Shown here piece after piece: positions 48,299 to 56,777 of a stretch of 64,000 bases of DNA (its first letter is position 1; each line of letters begins with the position of its first letter). Source of the DNA: Candidatus Falkowbacteria bacterium (GTDB lineage Bacteria; Patescibacteriota; Patescibacteriia; Patescibacteriales; UBA12465); the NCBI GenBank assembly GCA_037132255.1, contig JBAXPN010000004.1, positions 17,997-81,996 on the forward strand. Direction: 5' to 3'. The notes under the pieces were generated by a model that was not told where the DNA came from, searched no databases, and saw only the letters and a list, made by a program, of their open reading frames with translations. The position numbers were made by a program, and so were the translations under genes.

Positions 48299-48943
48299 TT
48301 AAATACTTAATATAACGAGTTCCATATCTTCTTGAGGAAGATCTTTTTTGGAAATTTTTAATTTTTCTTCATAAGTCGGAGTTAATCCGAGCTCTTTAAT
48401 AAATTTTTCAATCGGATCTAAATCGTATTTCAAATCCTTAGTTTTATAATGCATTGGGATAACAATTCGCGGTTCGATTTGCGAAATAACTTCAACCGCC
48501 TTTTTTGCATCAAGCGTAAATTTTCCGCCAACCGGAATTAGCAAAACATCTGTACCGATTAATTTTTCAATTTGCGAATTATCTAAAACATCTCCCAGAT
48601 CTCCCAAATGAGCCACAGAAATATCATCAATCTCGATTCGATACATAATATTACCACCGCGCTCTTCCCCCTTCTTGTCATCATGATAAGAATCAATACC
48701 TTCAATTAAAACGCCCTTAAAATCATATTCACCAGCGCAGTCAATTACAAAAGGCGTACCGCGAAGAGCTTCAATATTATTATGATCTTTATGATCGTGA
48801 GAAACAGTTACAATGTCTGCTTCGAAATTTGGCACCTTTAAACCAACCTCTTTATTAAAGGGATCGGTCACAACGGTAACCCCTTCCGGTCCAACTTTGT
48901 CTTGAATTTTGAAGCACGAATGCCCCTGCCAAGTTATAATCAT
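48299..48943 (-). CDS. Metallo-beta-lactamase-fold metal-dependent hydrolase (UPF0173-like)
   Basis: MIITWQGHSCFKI, VSHDHKDH and PVGG. Confidence 0.8.
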   Translation of the reverse strand: MIITWQGHSCFKIQDKVGPEGVTVVTDPFNKEVGLKVPNFEADIVTVSHDHKDHNNIEALRGTPFVIDCAGEYDFKGVLIEGIDSYHDDKKGEERGGNIMYRIEIDDISVAHLGDLGDVLDNSQIEKLIGTDVLLIPVGGKFTLDAKKAVEVISQIEPRIVIPMHYKTKDLKYDLDPIEKFIKELGLTPTYEEKLKISKKDLPQEDMELVILSI

Positions 48944-49035
48944 ATATCTTTTACAATAAAAATAGGTCGTCTAACCTTAATTTTAGTATAGCAAAACAAG
49001 TGTGCTCGGTCAACCGAATATAGGCTTAAACCTAA

Positions 49036-49062
49036 TAAAAAAGGCTTCGTTTATAGAAGCCC
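49036..49062 (-). terminator. Rho-independent terminator after the 304-aa gene
   Basis: The minus-strand RNA is GGCUUC-UAUAAAC-GAAGCC followed by UUUUUU. Confidence 0.7.
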
Positions 49063-49087
49063 TTGAGAGTTGTCATTAAACAAAATG

Positions 49088-50002
49088 CTATTGTTTTATG
49101 ACTTTTTTGTTAACGATATCGGTTTCCCTGAAAAACAGGGGTTTGTCGTGTTTTGTGACAATGACTTCAATATCGGCTTGATATTTAAGTCCGTCAGAAC
49201 CGACGAATTGGATTGCAAGAGAATTAAATCCCTCGCTAAGCTGTGCTTTTTTAGTGTAATCTCCACATCTGAGAGCTTGCCCTTTCCAGGGACCGGCCGT
49301 GAAAGATATTTTGTAGGGGATTAAACTTTTAGCCAGAGTTTCGAGCGGTTCGCCTTTTAGTTCCATCAAATTCTCATTTTTTAGAACTAGCATTGTTTGT
49401 CCTTCGACAATGATGCCAGAATAAACTGATTGACGGTATTTACGTCCCTTTGCCATATCTTCGCTTTCTTTTATCACATCGTGTTTAAACGTGACTTCGA
49501 GTTGTCCTGTTTCGACAATAAATTGTCTTTGGCTGGTTTGGTTAGGGGCAAGCGCGGTGCCTACAAATGGCCCATCGAGAGCAACGACTTTATAGTCGGA
49601 ACTGTCAACTAAGACAAGTGTGGTGGTCGGGTTACTTGAACTACCCACATAGGATTTTGCTTTTGACGTAATGTCATTTTCGGTAGTTTTTGCAACAGTT
49701 TGTTTTTGGCCTGACAAATCTCCGGAGGTAATGTCGAACTCGCCCTTAGTGATATTCTTTTCGATTAACCCCGCGGATTTCTCATTCATTCCTTCATAAT
49801 AGAAGAGATAGAATTTAAAGGTGCCCGAGGCTGGAGCAAATGAAACGACAGCCTTCTTGTGCGGGGCAATAACGAGTTCAGAAGATTTGTCTGCCGGCTT
49901 TATCGTTATCGACTTCGAGGTGGTGTTGGTTGCTTTTGCCTGAGCAAAGGTAAGAGTTGGCACTAAAATAGCAGCAACAATAATCAGAAATAGTTTTTTC
50001 AT
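49088..50002 (-). CDS. Secreted protein of unknown function (304 aa)
   Basis: Signal peptide MKKLFLIIVAAILVPTLTFAQA with a beta-rich mature part. The gene is monocistronic, with its own promoter and terminator. Confidence 0.7.
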   Translation of the reverse strand: MKKLFLIIVAAILVPTLTFAQAKATNTTSKSITIKPADKSSELVIAPHKKAVVSFAPASGTFKFYLFYYEGMNEKSAGLIEKNITKGEFDITSGDLSGQKQTVAKTTENDITSKAKSYVGSSSNPTTTLVLVDSSDYKVVALDGPFVGTALAPNQTSQRQFIVETGQLEVTFKHDVIKESEDMAKGRKYRQSVYSGIIVEGQTMLVLKNENLMELKGEPLETLAKSLIPYKISFTAGPWKGQALRCGDYTKKAQLSEGFNSLAIQFVGSDGLKYQADIEVIVTKHDKPLFFRETDIVNKKVIKQ

Positions 50003-50085
50003 GGTTCGATGGATTTTGTTTGTTATTGTTTTTATTTTTATGATTTTTAAAGGTCTGAATCAAAGCAAATAATTAGAATATAATT

Positions 50086-50144
50086 AGAGCTTCGACTAAA
50101 TATAATATCATAATTGAATACTTCTGTCAATAATGCGAAGCTCT
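50086..50144 (-). promoter_or_regulatory. Near-consensus promoter bracketed by a perfect 9-bp inverted repeat
   Basis: The minus strand reads TTGACA (50125-50130), a 17-nt spacer, then TGaTATTAT (-10 at 50102-50107). The repeat arms are AGAGCTTCG (50086-50094) and CGAAGCTCT (50136-50144). Confidence 0.6.
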
Positions 50145-50146
50145 AC

Positions 50147-50175
50147 TAAAAATAGGCTATAATTAGCCTATTTTT
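50147..50175. terminator. Terminator hairpin after the 1346-aa gene
   Basis: ATAGGCTA-TAAT-TAGCCTAT (8-bp perfect stem) flanked by AAAAA and TTTTT, 29 nt after the stop at 50204. Confidence 0.75.
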
Positions 50176-50203
50176 ATACATATTCCTCTTATTTTAGTTT
50201 TTC

Positions 50204-53200
50204 TTATTTCGCTCCGCCGCTTAAGAAGCTATTCATGGCTGTTCGTAAAACTTTGAGTTTTTGTGAATCATCAAGAAGATTCGAAGATTTTTTCGCAAAA
50301 TTATCGGCATATATTTCCCGCCACATAGTCTTTTCACCGTCAGTTAATTTTGTTGCTCCATTCATTTCTTCTAATTGATTCTGCAAAGCAGAAAAGCTTC
50401 TGGTTTTTCCGGTCATTAGATTGTTTTGGATTCCGTCGGCTATTTTTTCAATCTGACCATGCTCAGCCAAAAACTTCTCGATATTAGCTCTCGCCGCTTC
50501 GCCGGCTTGAAAAGGATAATGATGCGTTTCTCCATTCCATTCATACTCAAAGCTATGGTCTTTAAGATTAATAACGACATCGTGGTTTGCTAATGTTGCC
50601 ATTAATTTATCTCCGGAAATTATATTGCTTGGCTGGAGAGTGAATCCGTTTTGACGAGCTAGTGCTTCAGAAGCGCTTAACGCAGACTCAGAAGCGCCAG
50701 AGAGGCTTTCTTTAGCGCCAGCACCGATCACTTGATCAGTTTTCATATCAACTTCTCGGAACTCTCCTTTTATCTTTAAAAGTCCCTGCATCGATCCGTC
50801 TTTATTAATTATAAGTAGTCGCGTTCCATCGCCACCGTCTCCGGTAATTTTGATTTCTCTAGTCGCATCATCAAAAGCAATAACGTTTTTACCGCCGTAA
50901 TCAAGATTATTTCCGTTAACTTTCCAACCTAATTTTTCCATTTGGGCGAGAGTCTTTCCATTCCCTTGCTTAAAAAACTCGGGGAAATTTAAAGGCTTGC
51001 TCGGCTCCGGAATAATTTCGGTATCGCCAGCTCCTAATTTAAATTTTAATGATTCGGCAAGTGCTTCGTCCGCAGATTCCGTCGAGGTGCCACTAGAAGT
51101 AGCTGGCTCTAATGATTCAGTAGCCTCCGAAAATCCCGGTGTTGCGCCGGTCCCCGCTTCAACTTTAACAATGAATTCTCCTGCATCATTCTTCTCTAAT
51201 AATATTTTATTGCCAACAAATACTTTATCCGTAAATTCTCCGGTATCATGAAGAGTGTTGGCGGTTTGCGTTTCTGCCCATTTGCTTAAAGCAGTTGCAT
51301 CATTTAAATCTCCTTTATAACCAAGCTCTTCGGCGTGCCCCTTAAATATCTCACGGGTTGAACGCCAAACAGAATCACCCGTGCTAATGTCATTAGAAAA
51401 ATTTTCTATTCCTCCGCTACCAGCACGAGGAGTGCTAGCGTTTTCTACTACTGATGTTCCGGCTCCAGCGCCAGCTTCCTCCGTTGGGATCGAGCCTCCA
51501 TTAATTTTTGGCAGGACAACATTATTACTGATATTGGTTGTATCGCTGACTGCCTGACTAGATTCTAAATTCGAACTATCAGCAGTTGGCTCATCTTGTG
51601 ATTCAAGCGCTGAGGCCTTAGCGTCGGTCGATGGTTGTTCTACTTGATGATTAGAGTTTGCAGCCGCCGAGCCTGAACCACCGATAATTCCAAAATGAAC
51701 AGCTAATTCCCGAATAAGTACACCGCCGATAGCGAATGTGGCACCGATGCCCGCTCCATAAAGCATTTGCTTTCCAACATACTTTTTGCGCTCTGATTCT
51801 ATTTGCTTATCTTGGGCTGCATATTTTAGATTAAACATCTTTTCAAAACGCTCTTGCATGTCGTGACTAATCGGAGATTCTTTTTCTTTTTCTTCAAGTA
51901 GCTCCTTATCTTTCATCGCTAAATCATCCCTATTAAAAAGAAGAGTCCTGCGCGCCTCGCTTAAAGCCTGAATTAATTCAAATTTTCCGGAGAGTTCAGT
52001 GTCCTTACCAAAATTAACTAAACCATCGGCCAGTTTATCTTCAGTAAATTGGACTCGAACTCTTAAATAATGCAAATTTGTTAAATAATCTTCCCCGGCG
52101 GCCGCTCGATATATTTTATTAATGGCGAATTGTAGTTTGTTCGTCAAGCTCTCTGAATCGCTAAAATTTTTCGCAGTTTTATCACGGCCCTTTTCGTTCT
52201 CCTCTTGATAAACCGACATAACTGCGCGATATTCGTCCTTAACTGCATCATATTCCTTTTTTTGATCCTCAGTCGCGATGTTATCGTACCAAATTAATGG
52301 CGTAACTGAATATTCAACTGGAACTATATTATTCATGGCTGCTACTAAATACTTACGACGCATTTCAATATTTGAAACTGAAATATTATCATTTTTTCTG
52401 CCCGTAATATCTTTTTCATTCAAACTTGTTTTCGCTCTATCGTGCGCGCGCCAAGCTCCGATACCAGCGGCGGCAAGCGGCATGGCCGCAAAACTGGCGG
52501 CGGCCAAGGGGATGCCGCTACCAAAGCCAATGGCGCCGGCGAGCGAATGGCGAGTAACGAAACCACCAGCCATATAAGAACCTCGCGCCGCGACTTCGCT
52601 CGAAATTGTTTTGCTAAAAACTGATTTCTTTTCAATTTTTTCAAATTCTTCATTTACTAATGGGTCTGCCATTAAGGCTTGCATCATCCTAATCTGGGAA
52701 TCAACTTTCTGAATTTCTAAAAGCGTTGCCGTGTGTGAATGATATGCGCCAATAACATTTAACGCGTCGTGTCTTTTTTTCTCATAAGCTTGTTCCAGCC
52801 TATCGTATGTTTCTTTGTTTTCCTTGCTAGCAGTCGCAAGCGACCAATCATATGGAATTTCTCTAAATCTATTGGCGGAACTATTAAATCTAAATAAGGC
52901 ATTGTTTTCAGCTTCGTTATAATTATTATCCTCACGTAAATAATTTACGAATGCTTCTCCGTCATATACTTCTACATCAATATTTAGAGCGGAAATCATA
53001 CTCGTTATTTCCTCAATTTTTCGAGAATGAAATTCAAACCCACCTTTTTTTATTTCTTTAGTTAATTTCTTTTCTTGGTCAGCAGTATTATATTTTTTTG
53101 TTAGACTGCTGATAGTGCCATCAAAAGCGTTGGCAATCATTCTTCCAATTTTTATTCTAAGACCCAAATCCTTACTAATCGGCCTCATTTTTTCTTGGCG

Positions 53201-54244
53201 CATTATAGCTACATTCTCTTTGGCAGTGTCTTTGACATAAACCAAGGACATTTGTTTTAAGCCCTCAAAAACAATTTGTCGTTGACCCTCAGACAAATCA
53301 GAAAATTCTTTTATTCCCTCTAATTCTTCTTTACTTATATTAAACTCACGAAATTTATCAATCGCGTTTATTTGTTTATTTTCAGCCTCCGGACTTGGTG
53401 CCGGTGTCGGCTCTACGCCTGGGTCTACGCCTGGTTCTACAAGCGGCTCTGGTTCAGGACTAGCAGGAGTTGGTTCTACAAGCGGCTCTGGTGTCGTCTC
53501 TGGCTCTGGAGTGATAATTCCTTTTATCGCATTTTTTTGATTAATAGCCTCGGCCATTTGATCTTCTAATTCTAAGGATTCCTGTTCTAATTTACTTTTT
53601 TCCTCAGGACTTAAATCTGAAGTTCCGAGTCTTTGCATTCTAATTATATACGCCGTACCCAACTCTTCGATTTTGTCGTCCAATAATTCTATTTCTACTT
53701 TTTCGGCATCACTTAAATTAATTTCATCAGGGTTAGCAACTGAATCTAAGGCATCTTTAGCGGCTGCTACTGTTTGATCTCTATCTTCATCAATTTGATT
53801 GGCTGCTTTTAAGAGTTCTGGGTCTGCTACTCCAGTCGCTTCCTGATCTTCAGTGCTTTTTTGGCTCGCCACTAAATCATCCAGTTTAATTACGGCACCT
53901 CTAACTTCTGCCTGAACGGTTTCAAAATCACGATTCTTATTTCCTTCTGGCGATTGATTTAAAATAGGTTCTACTGATGCGCTAAGAACAGGTTCAGAAG
54001 ATAAAGACTTAACTGGCTCCGGAGTTAAGACAATTGGAGCACTTGGATTTTCCTTTTCAAGAATCTCTTTAACTAAATTTTGACTAAAACTAATATTATG
54101 CGTCTTTTTAAAATCGGCTCTAATAGCCGTCTTCTCTTTTGGAGTTTTAGCTTGAGAAATTTTTTCATCCCATTTCTTAATCTCCGCCGCGCTTAAACTA
54201 GTCTTTGCCGATTCAATAGAATCGAGGCGATTTTTTGATACCAT
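50204..54244 (-). CDS. Giant (1346 aa) orphan protein with two central hydrophobic hairpins, coiled-coil and proline-rich repeat regions
   Basis: Uninterrupted ORF with no N-terminal signal peptide. It has an EPEPLVEP 13-aa repeat (~53433-53492) and two Gly/Ala-rich hydrophobic segments (GFGSGIPLAAASFAAMPLAAAGIGAW; LYGAGIGATFAIGGVLI...FGIIGG). Confidence 0.8.
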   Translation of the reverse strand: MVSKNRLDSIESAKTSLSAAEIKKWDEKISQAKTPKEKTAIRADFKKTHNISFSQNLVKEILEKENPSAPIVLTPEPVKSLSSEPVLSASVEPILNQSPEGNKNRDFETVQAEVRGAVIKLDDLVASQKSTEDQEATGVADPELLKAANQIDEDRDQTVAAAKDALDSVANPDEINLSDAEKVEIELLDDKIEELGTAYIIRMQRLGTSDLSPEEKSKLEQESLELEDQMAEAINQKNAIKGIITPEPETTPEPLVEPTPASPEPEPLVEPGVDPGVEPTPAPSPEAENKQINAIDKFREFNISKEELEGIKEFSDLSEGQRQIVFEGLKQMSLVYVKDTAKENVAIMRQEKMRPISKDLGLRIKIGRMIANAFDGTISSLTKKYNTADQEKKLTKEIKKGGFEFHSRKIEEITSMISALNIDVEVYDGEAFVNYLREDNNYNEAENNALFRFNSSANRFREIPYDWSLATASKENKETYDRLEQAYEKKRHDALNVIGAYHSHTATLLEIQKVDSQIRMMQALMADPLVNEEFEKIEKKSVFSKTISSEVAARGSYMAGGFVTRHSLAGAIGFGSGIPLAAASFAAMPLAAAGIGAWRAHDRAKTSLNEKDITGRKNDNISVSNIEMRRKYLVAAMNNIVPVEYSVTPLIWYDNIATEDQKKEYDAVKDEYRAVMSVYQEENEKGRDKTAKNFSDSESLTNKLQFAINKIYRAAAGEDYLTNLHYLRVRVQFTEDKLADGLVNFGKDTELSGKFELIQALSEARRTLLFNRDDLAMKDKELLEEKEKESPISHDMQERFEKMFNLKYAAQDKQIESERKKYVGKQMLYGAGIGATFAIGGVLIRELAVHFGIIGGSGSAAANSNHQVEQPSTDAKASALESQDEPTADSSNLESSQAVSDTTNISNNVVLPKINGGSIPTEEAGAGAGTSVVENASTPRAGSGGIENFSNDISTGDSVWRSTREIFKGHAEELGYKGDLNDATALSKWAETQTANTLHDTGEFTDKVFVGNKILLEKNDAGEFIVKVEAGTGATPGFSEATESLEPATSSGTSTESADEALAESLKFKLGAGDTEIIPEPSKPLNFPEFFKQGNGKTLAQMEKLGWKVNGNNLDYGGKNVIAFDDATREIKITGDGGDGTRLLIINKDGSMQGLLKIKGEFREVDMKTDQVIGAGAKESLSGASESALSASEALARQNGFTLQPSNIISGDKLMATLANHDVVINLKDHSFEYEWNGETHHYPFQAGEAARANIEKFLAEHGQIEKIADGIQNNLMTGKTRSFSALQNQLEEMNGATKLTDGEKTMWREIYADNFAKKSSNLLDDSQKLKVLRTAMNSFLSGGAK

Positions 54245-54248
54245 ATAA

Positions 54249-54440
54249 TTAAATAGATTTTAAACTCTGACGAATTTTTTCAATTTCCTCTTGGCGCCCA
54301 GATTCACGATAATACTTAATCAGCATAATTTTCTTCTGATGAAGTTTCTCTAATTTTTTTACGGTAGCGGAAAAAATAATATCAATCTCGCGCATGGCTC
54401 GATCGATTTTAATATTTTTTTGATCTTTATTATTTAGCAT
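54249..54440 (-). CDS. Small coiled-coil protein (63 aa)
   Basis: There is a 4-nt gap to the 1346-aa gene. The sequence is helical and charged, with no homology I recognise. Confidence 0.45.
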   Translation of the reverse strand: MLNNKDQKNIKIDRAMREIDIIFSATVKKLEKLHQKKIMLIKYYRESGRQEEIEKIRQSLKSI

Positions 54441-54490
54441 AGATTTATATCTGATTATATCAAAAGTATACTATTATTCAGATAATTTTT

Positions 54491-55318
54491 CTACTGGGGC
54501 GCCTTAATTTTTATTGTTCCGTCTTTGTCTGTCCTTTTAATTTTTATGCCTAGCCTTGAAACAAGTTCAAGAACTTCAGTATTTGGATGACCAAATCTAT
54601 TTAAAAGCCCGACAGAAATTATAAATATACTGGGTTTAACGGCAGAAATAAACTCCGCGCTATTAGCTGTCTTCGATCCATGGTGCGCCGCTTTAAGAAT
54701 TTGCGCTCTCCAGTCTTCGTTCATTTTTAATAATTCTTCTTCAACACTCGAATTATTATCTCCAGTAAACAGTGCCGACAAGCTCGGACAATATATTTTT
54801 GCTACCAATGAATTATTCGGATCTTCTTTTATGTCTAAATTCTCTGGATTAATTACTTTTAATTTGCAATTAGAGCCAAGATTCATTGTGACAGAATCCT
54901 CGAGCTCAATGATATTTACATTCTTCTGTCGCGCTACTTCTAAGAGATGGACCAGGAGCTCTGGCGCATCATTTTGCCTCATATATATAAGAGCCCCGAT
55001 TTTGTATCTTTTTATGACTTCAATTAGACCAAGAATATGATCATCGTGTGGATGGCTTAAAATTACTAGATCTATCTTTCTTTGGAAAAAAGGAAGTGTT
55101 TCGCCCAGACGACGAACAACTAAATTATCCGGTCCGCCATCAATCAATAATTTCTTATTATTGGGCAATTTAATCAAGGAGGCGTCGCCCTGGCCGACAT
55201 TAAGAAAATCAATCTCCGGGAGCTCCTTGTTGAGATTACTAATGAATAACTCGAAATATGTCAATAATATGGTTATTAATAGGGCGCCAAAGACAATTTT
55301 AATAACTTTCTTAATCAT
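54491..55318 (-). CDS. Stand-alone membrane-anchored ComEC/Rec2-type metallo-beta-lactamase domain protein (275 aa)
   Basis: N-terminal TM helix, FLNVGQGDASLIKLPNNKKLLIDGG, ILSHPHDDHILGL and AAHHGS. The competence-channel (polytopic) part of ComEC is absent. Confidence 0.8.
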   Translation of the reverse strand: MIKKVIKIVFGALLITILLTYFELFISNLNKELPEIDFLNVGQGDASLIKLPNNKKLLIDGGPDNLVVRRLGETLPFFQRKIDLVILSHPHDDHILGLIEVIKRYKIGALIYMRQNDAPELLVHLLEVARQKNVNIIELEDSVTMNLGSNCKLKVINPENLDIKEDPNNSLVAKIYCPSLSALFTGDNNSSVEEELLKMNEDWRAQILKAAHHGSKTANSAEFISAVKPSIFIISVGLLNRFGHPNTEVLELVSRLGIKIKRTDKDGTIKIKAPQ

Positions 55319-55397
55319 ATTATTGCTTAATGTTAGCTAATTATTAATCTTGTCTCCTTATTATACTAAACCCTAGATGAAGATAATCTAAAGAAGC

Positions 55398-55426
55398 TTG
55401 ACATATTCTATTAAATATGATATTAT
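55398..55426 (+). promoter_or_regulatory. Near-consensus promoter for the 222-aa orphan
   Basis: TTGACA (55398-55403), a 17-nt spacer, then TGaTATTAT (-10 at 55421-55426). A strong GGAGGA RBS lies 6 nt before the ATG. Confidence 0.7.
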
Positions 55427-55498
55427 ATAGTTTCAATGAACATTAAAAATTCGTAAGAAAACAAACAAAATATAAACAAAAAAACCGGAGGATAAATC

Positions 55499-56167
55499 AT
55501 GAACCAAAACACTGAACACCTGAATGCTCATATGACCGAGCGTATTGAAACTGCTAAGGCTTGTGCCGAAAAAATGGGCCGCACTTTCGTTGCTGCCACA
55601 TTTAAAACTATCGTCTCAAAAGAGCTGGTAAAAATTTCTGTGCCAAGTGCTGGAGCAAAATATTTGCAGCCCATTGCCGAACACAAACTTCTTGTTTTCG
55701 ATGATGAAGCACTCACTTCTGTGGCGTGCATAGATATAAAAGGCCACTACACTCACGGCGATTTTCCCGCCAACAACCTACTGGGCAAACTTCGCCCGCG
55801 TGTCGTTCGTCACTTCTATGTTCTCCCTGGCTACTTTGGCGCCACAATTGCTGCCGCTGTAACCATAAAAGAAAAAACCGATTTAATCACCGGAGAGAAA
55901 ATGGTGATAATCGATATTCAACAGGAACTTCCTAACTCCGATCAACCGATCGAAGTACTCCACACACTCTGTTTAGGTGTTAAAACAAGCGGCGCTTCCG
56001 ACGAAGTAATGATTCCTGGTTCTGAACTCTGTGTAAAAATTGAGGCAATAAAACCGCAACTCATCGGAACAAAACCAAAAACGACACTCTTACCCGATAC
56101 TGGCGCTGACTATAGCTCTCAAATACAATACACAAAAACTGAATCGGTGGCAGTAACTGCCGAATAA
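55499..56167 (+). CDS. Cytoplasmic orphan protein (222 aa), unknown function
   Basis: Clean ORF with promoter, SD site and terminator. There is no signal peptide or TM helix. It is visibly more G+C-rich than its neighbours. Confidence 0.7.
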   Translation: MNQNTEHLNAHMTERIETAKACAEKMGRTFVAATFKTIVSKELVKISVPSAGAKYLQPIAEHKLLVFDDEALTSVACIDIKGHYTHGDFPANNLLGKLRPRVVRHFYVLPGYFGATIAAAVTIKEKTDLITGEKMVIIDIQQELPNSDQPIEVLHTLCLGVKTSGASDEVMIPGSELCVKIEAIKPQLIGTKPKTTLLPDTGADYSSQIQYTKTESVAVTAE

Positions 56168-56225
56168 AACAACGCAAACGCGTAAAGGTATATCTAGCCA
56201 AAACTCGTACATTCTAAAATAACTC

Positions 56226-56259
56226 GAGAGCCATCAAAATATGATGGCTCTTTTCTTTT
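56226..56259 (+). terminator. Rho-independent terminator
   Basis: GAGAGCCATC-AAAATAT-GATGGCTCTT followed by TTCTTTT. Confidence 0.8.
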
Positions 56260-56386
56260 ACTCAAATCGAAATTATTTTCAAAATATATTCCCACAAACA
56301 AAAAACGCCCTGATTCCGCAGAACGTTTTTTGTATAATTTTCAAATTAATAAAATCCACTAATATAAATTAATAAATTTTAATAAC

Positions 56387-56551
56387 TTATTTTCTTTTTT
56401 TAGCAGCTTTTTTAACGGCCTTCTTAACAACCTTCTTTACCGCTTTTTTAGCAACTTTTTTTACAGCTTTTTTTACAACCTTCTTTACAACTTTTTTAGC
56501 TGGTTTCTTTGTTACTTTTTTAACCACCTTTTTTGCAGTTTTCTTTTTCAT
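56387..56551 (-). CDS. 54-aa lysine-rich repeat protein (histone H1-like / nucleoid-associated candidate)
   Basis: Below the ORF-track size cut-off. My translation is MKKKTAKKVVKKVTKKPAKKVVKKVVKKAVKKVAKKAVKKVVKKAVKKAAKKRK. A strong RBS (AAGGGGGTGA) lies 4 nt before the ATG, with its own promoter upstream. Confidence 0.7.
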   Translation of the reverse strand: MKKKTAKKVVKKVTKKPAKKVVKKVVKKAVKKVAKKAVKKVVKKAVKKAAKKRK

Positions 56552-56632
56552 AAAATCACCCCCTTTCGTAAGTAAATTAATTTTTTATTCAGAAAAAAAT
56601 TTTTAAAAAATATTTTTCCATTCTATGTATTT

Positions 56633-56661
56633 ATTATACAACTAATAAATATAAGTCGCAA
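56633..56661 (-). promoter_or_regulatory. Candidate promoter for the 54-aa gene
   Basis: The minus strand reads TTGCGA (56656-56661), a 17-nt spacer, then TATAAT (56633-56638). Confidence 0.55.
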
Positions 56662-56777
56662 TACTTTTTGAAATTTTTTAGGGAAAAAATTTATTTTATA
56701 AAAAAATTCCCCTGCCGATTCCGAAGCCGAGGAATTTTTATTTATTTTTTTTATTTTCAACAGTTCTTTTTCCGTTT

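Noticed and set aside
50086-50144. The inverted-repeat-flanked promoter as an invertible phase-variation switch (inverton).
   Set aside because: Only 41 nt lie between the 9-bp arms, too short for known recombinase-mediated inversion, and no invertase or recombinase gene is nearby. It is kept as a possible operator in the findings.
53372-53569. A 65-aa plus-strand ORF and a 39-nt tandem DNA repeat (53433-53453 / 53472-53492).
   Set aside because: The repeat encodes the EPEPLVEP proline-rich repeat of the 1346-aa minus-strand protein. The plus-strand ORF is its antisense shadow.
56400-56550. Short-period DNA repetition (ctttttta/accttctt units) that at first looked like a micro-satellite or repeat array.
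   Set aside because: It is explained by the coding sequence of the 54-aa (KKxV)n protein on the minus strand. There is no spacer/repeat organisation, so it is not a CRISPR.
56690-56777. An A/T-flanked imperfect hairpin (AAAAATTCC...GGAATTTTT) downstream of glyQS as a terminator. A similar weak A/T-rich hairpin lies at 11231-11262 after secF, and another at 32650-32690 after queA.
   Set aside because: The stems are mostly A-T pairs or interrupted, so I could not separate them from background in AT-rich spacers. They are not reported as features.
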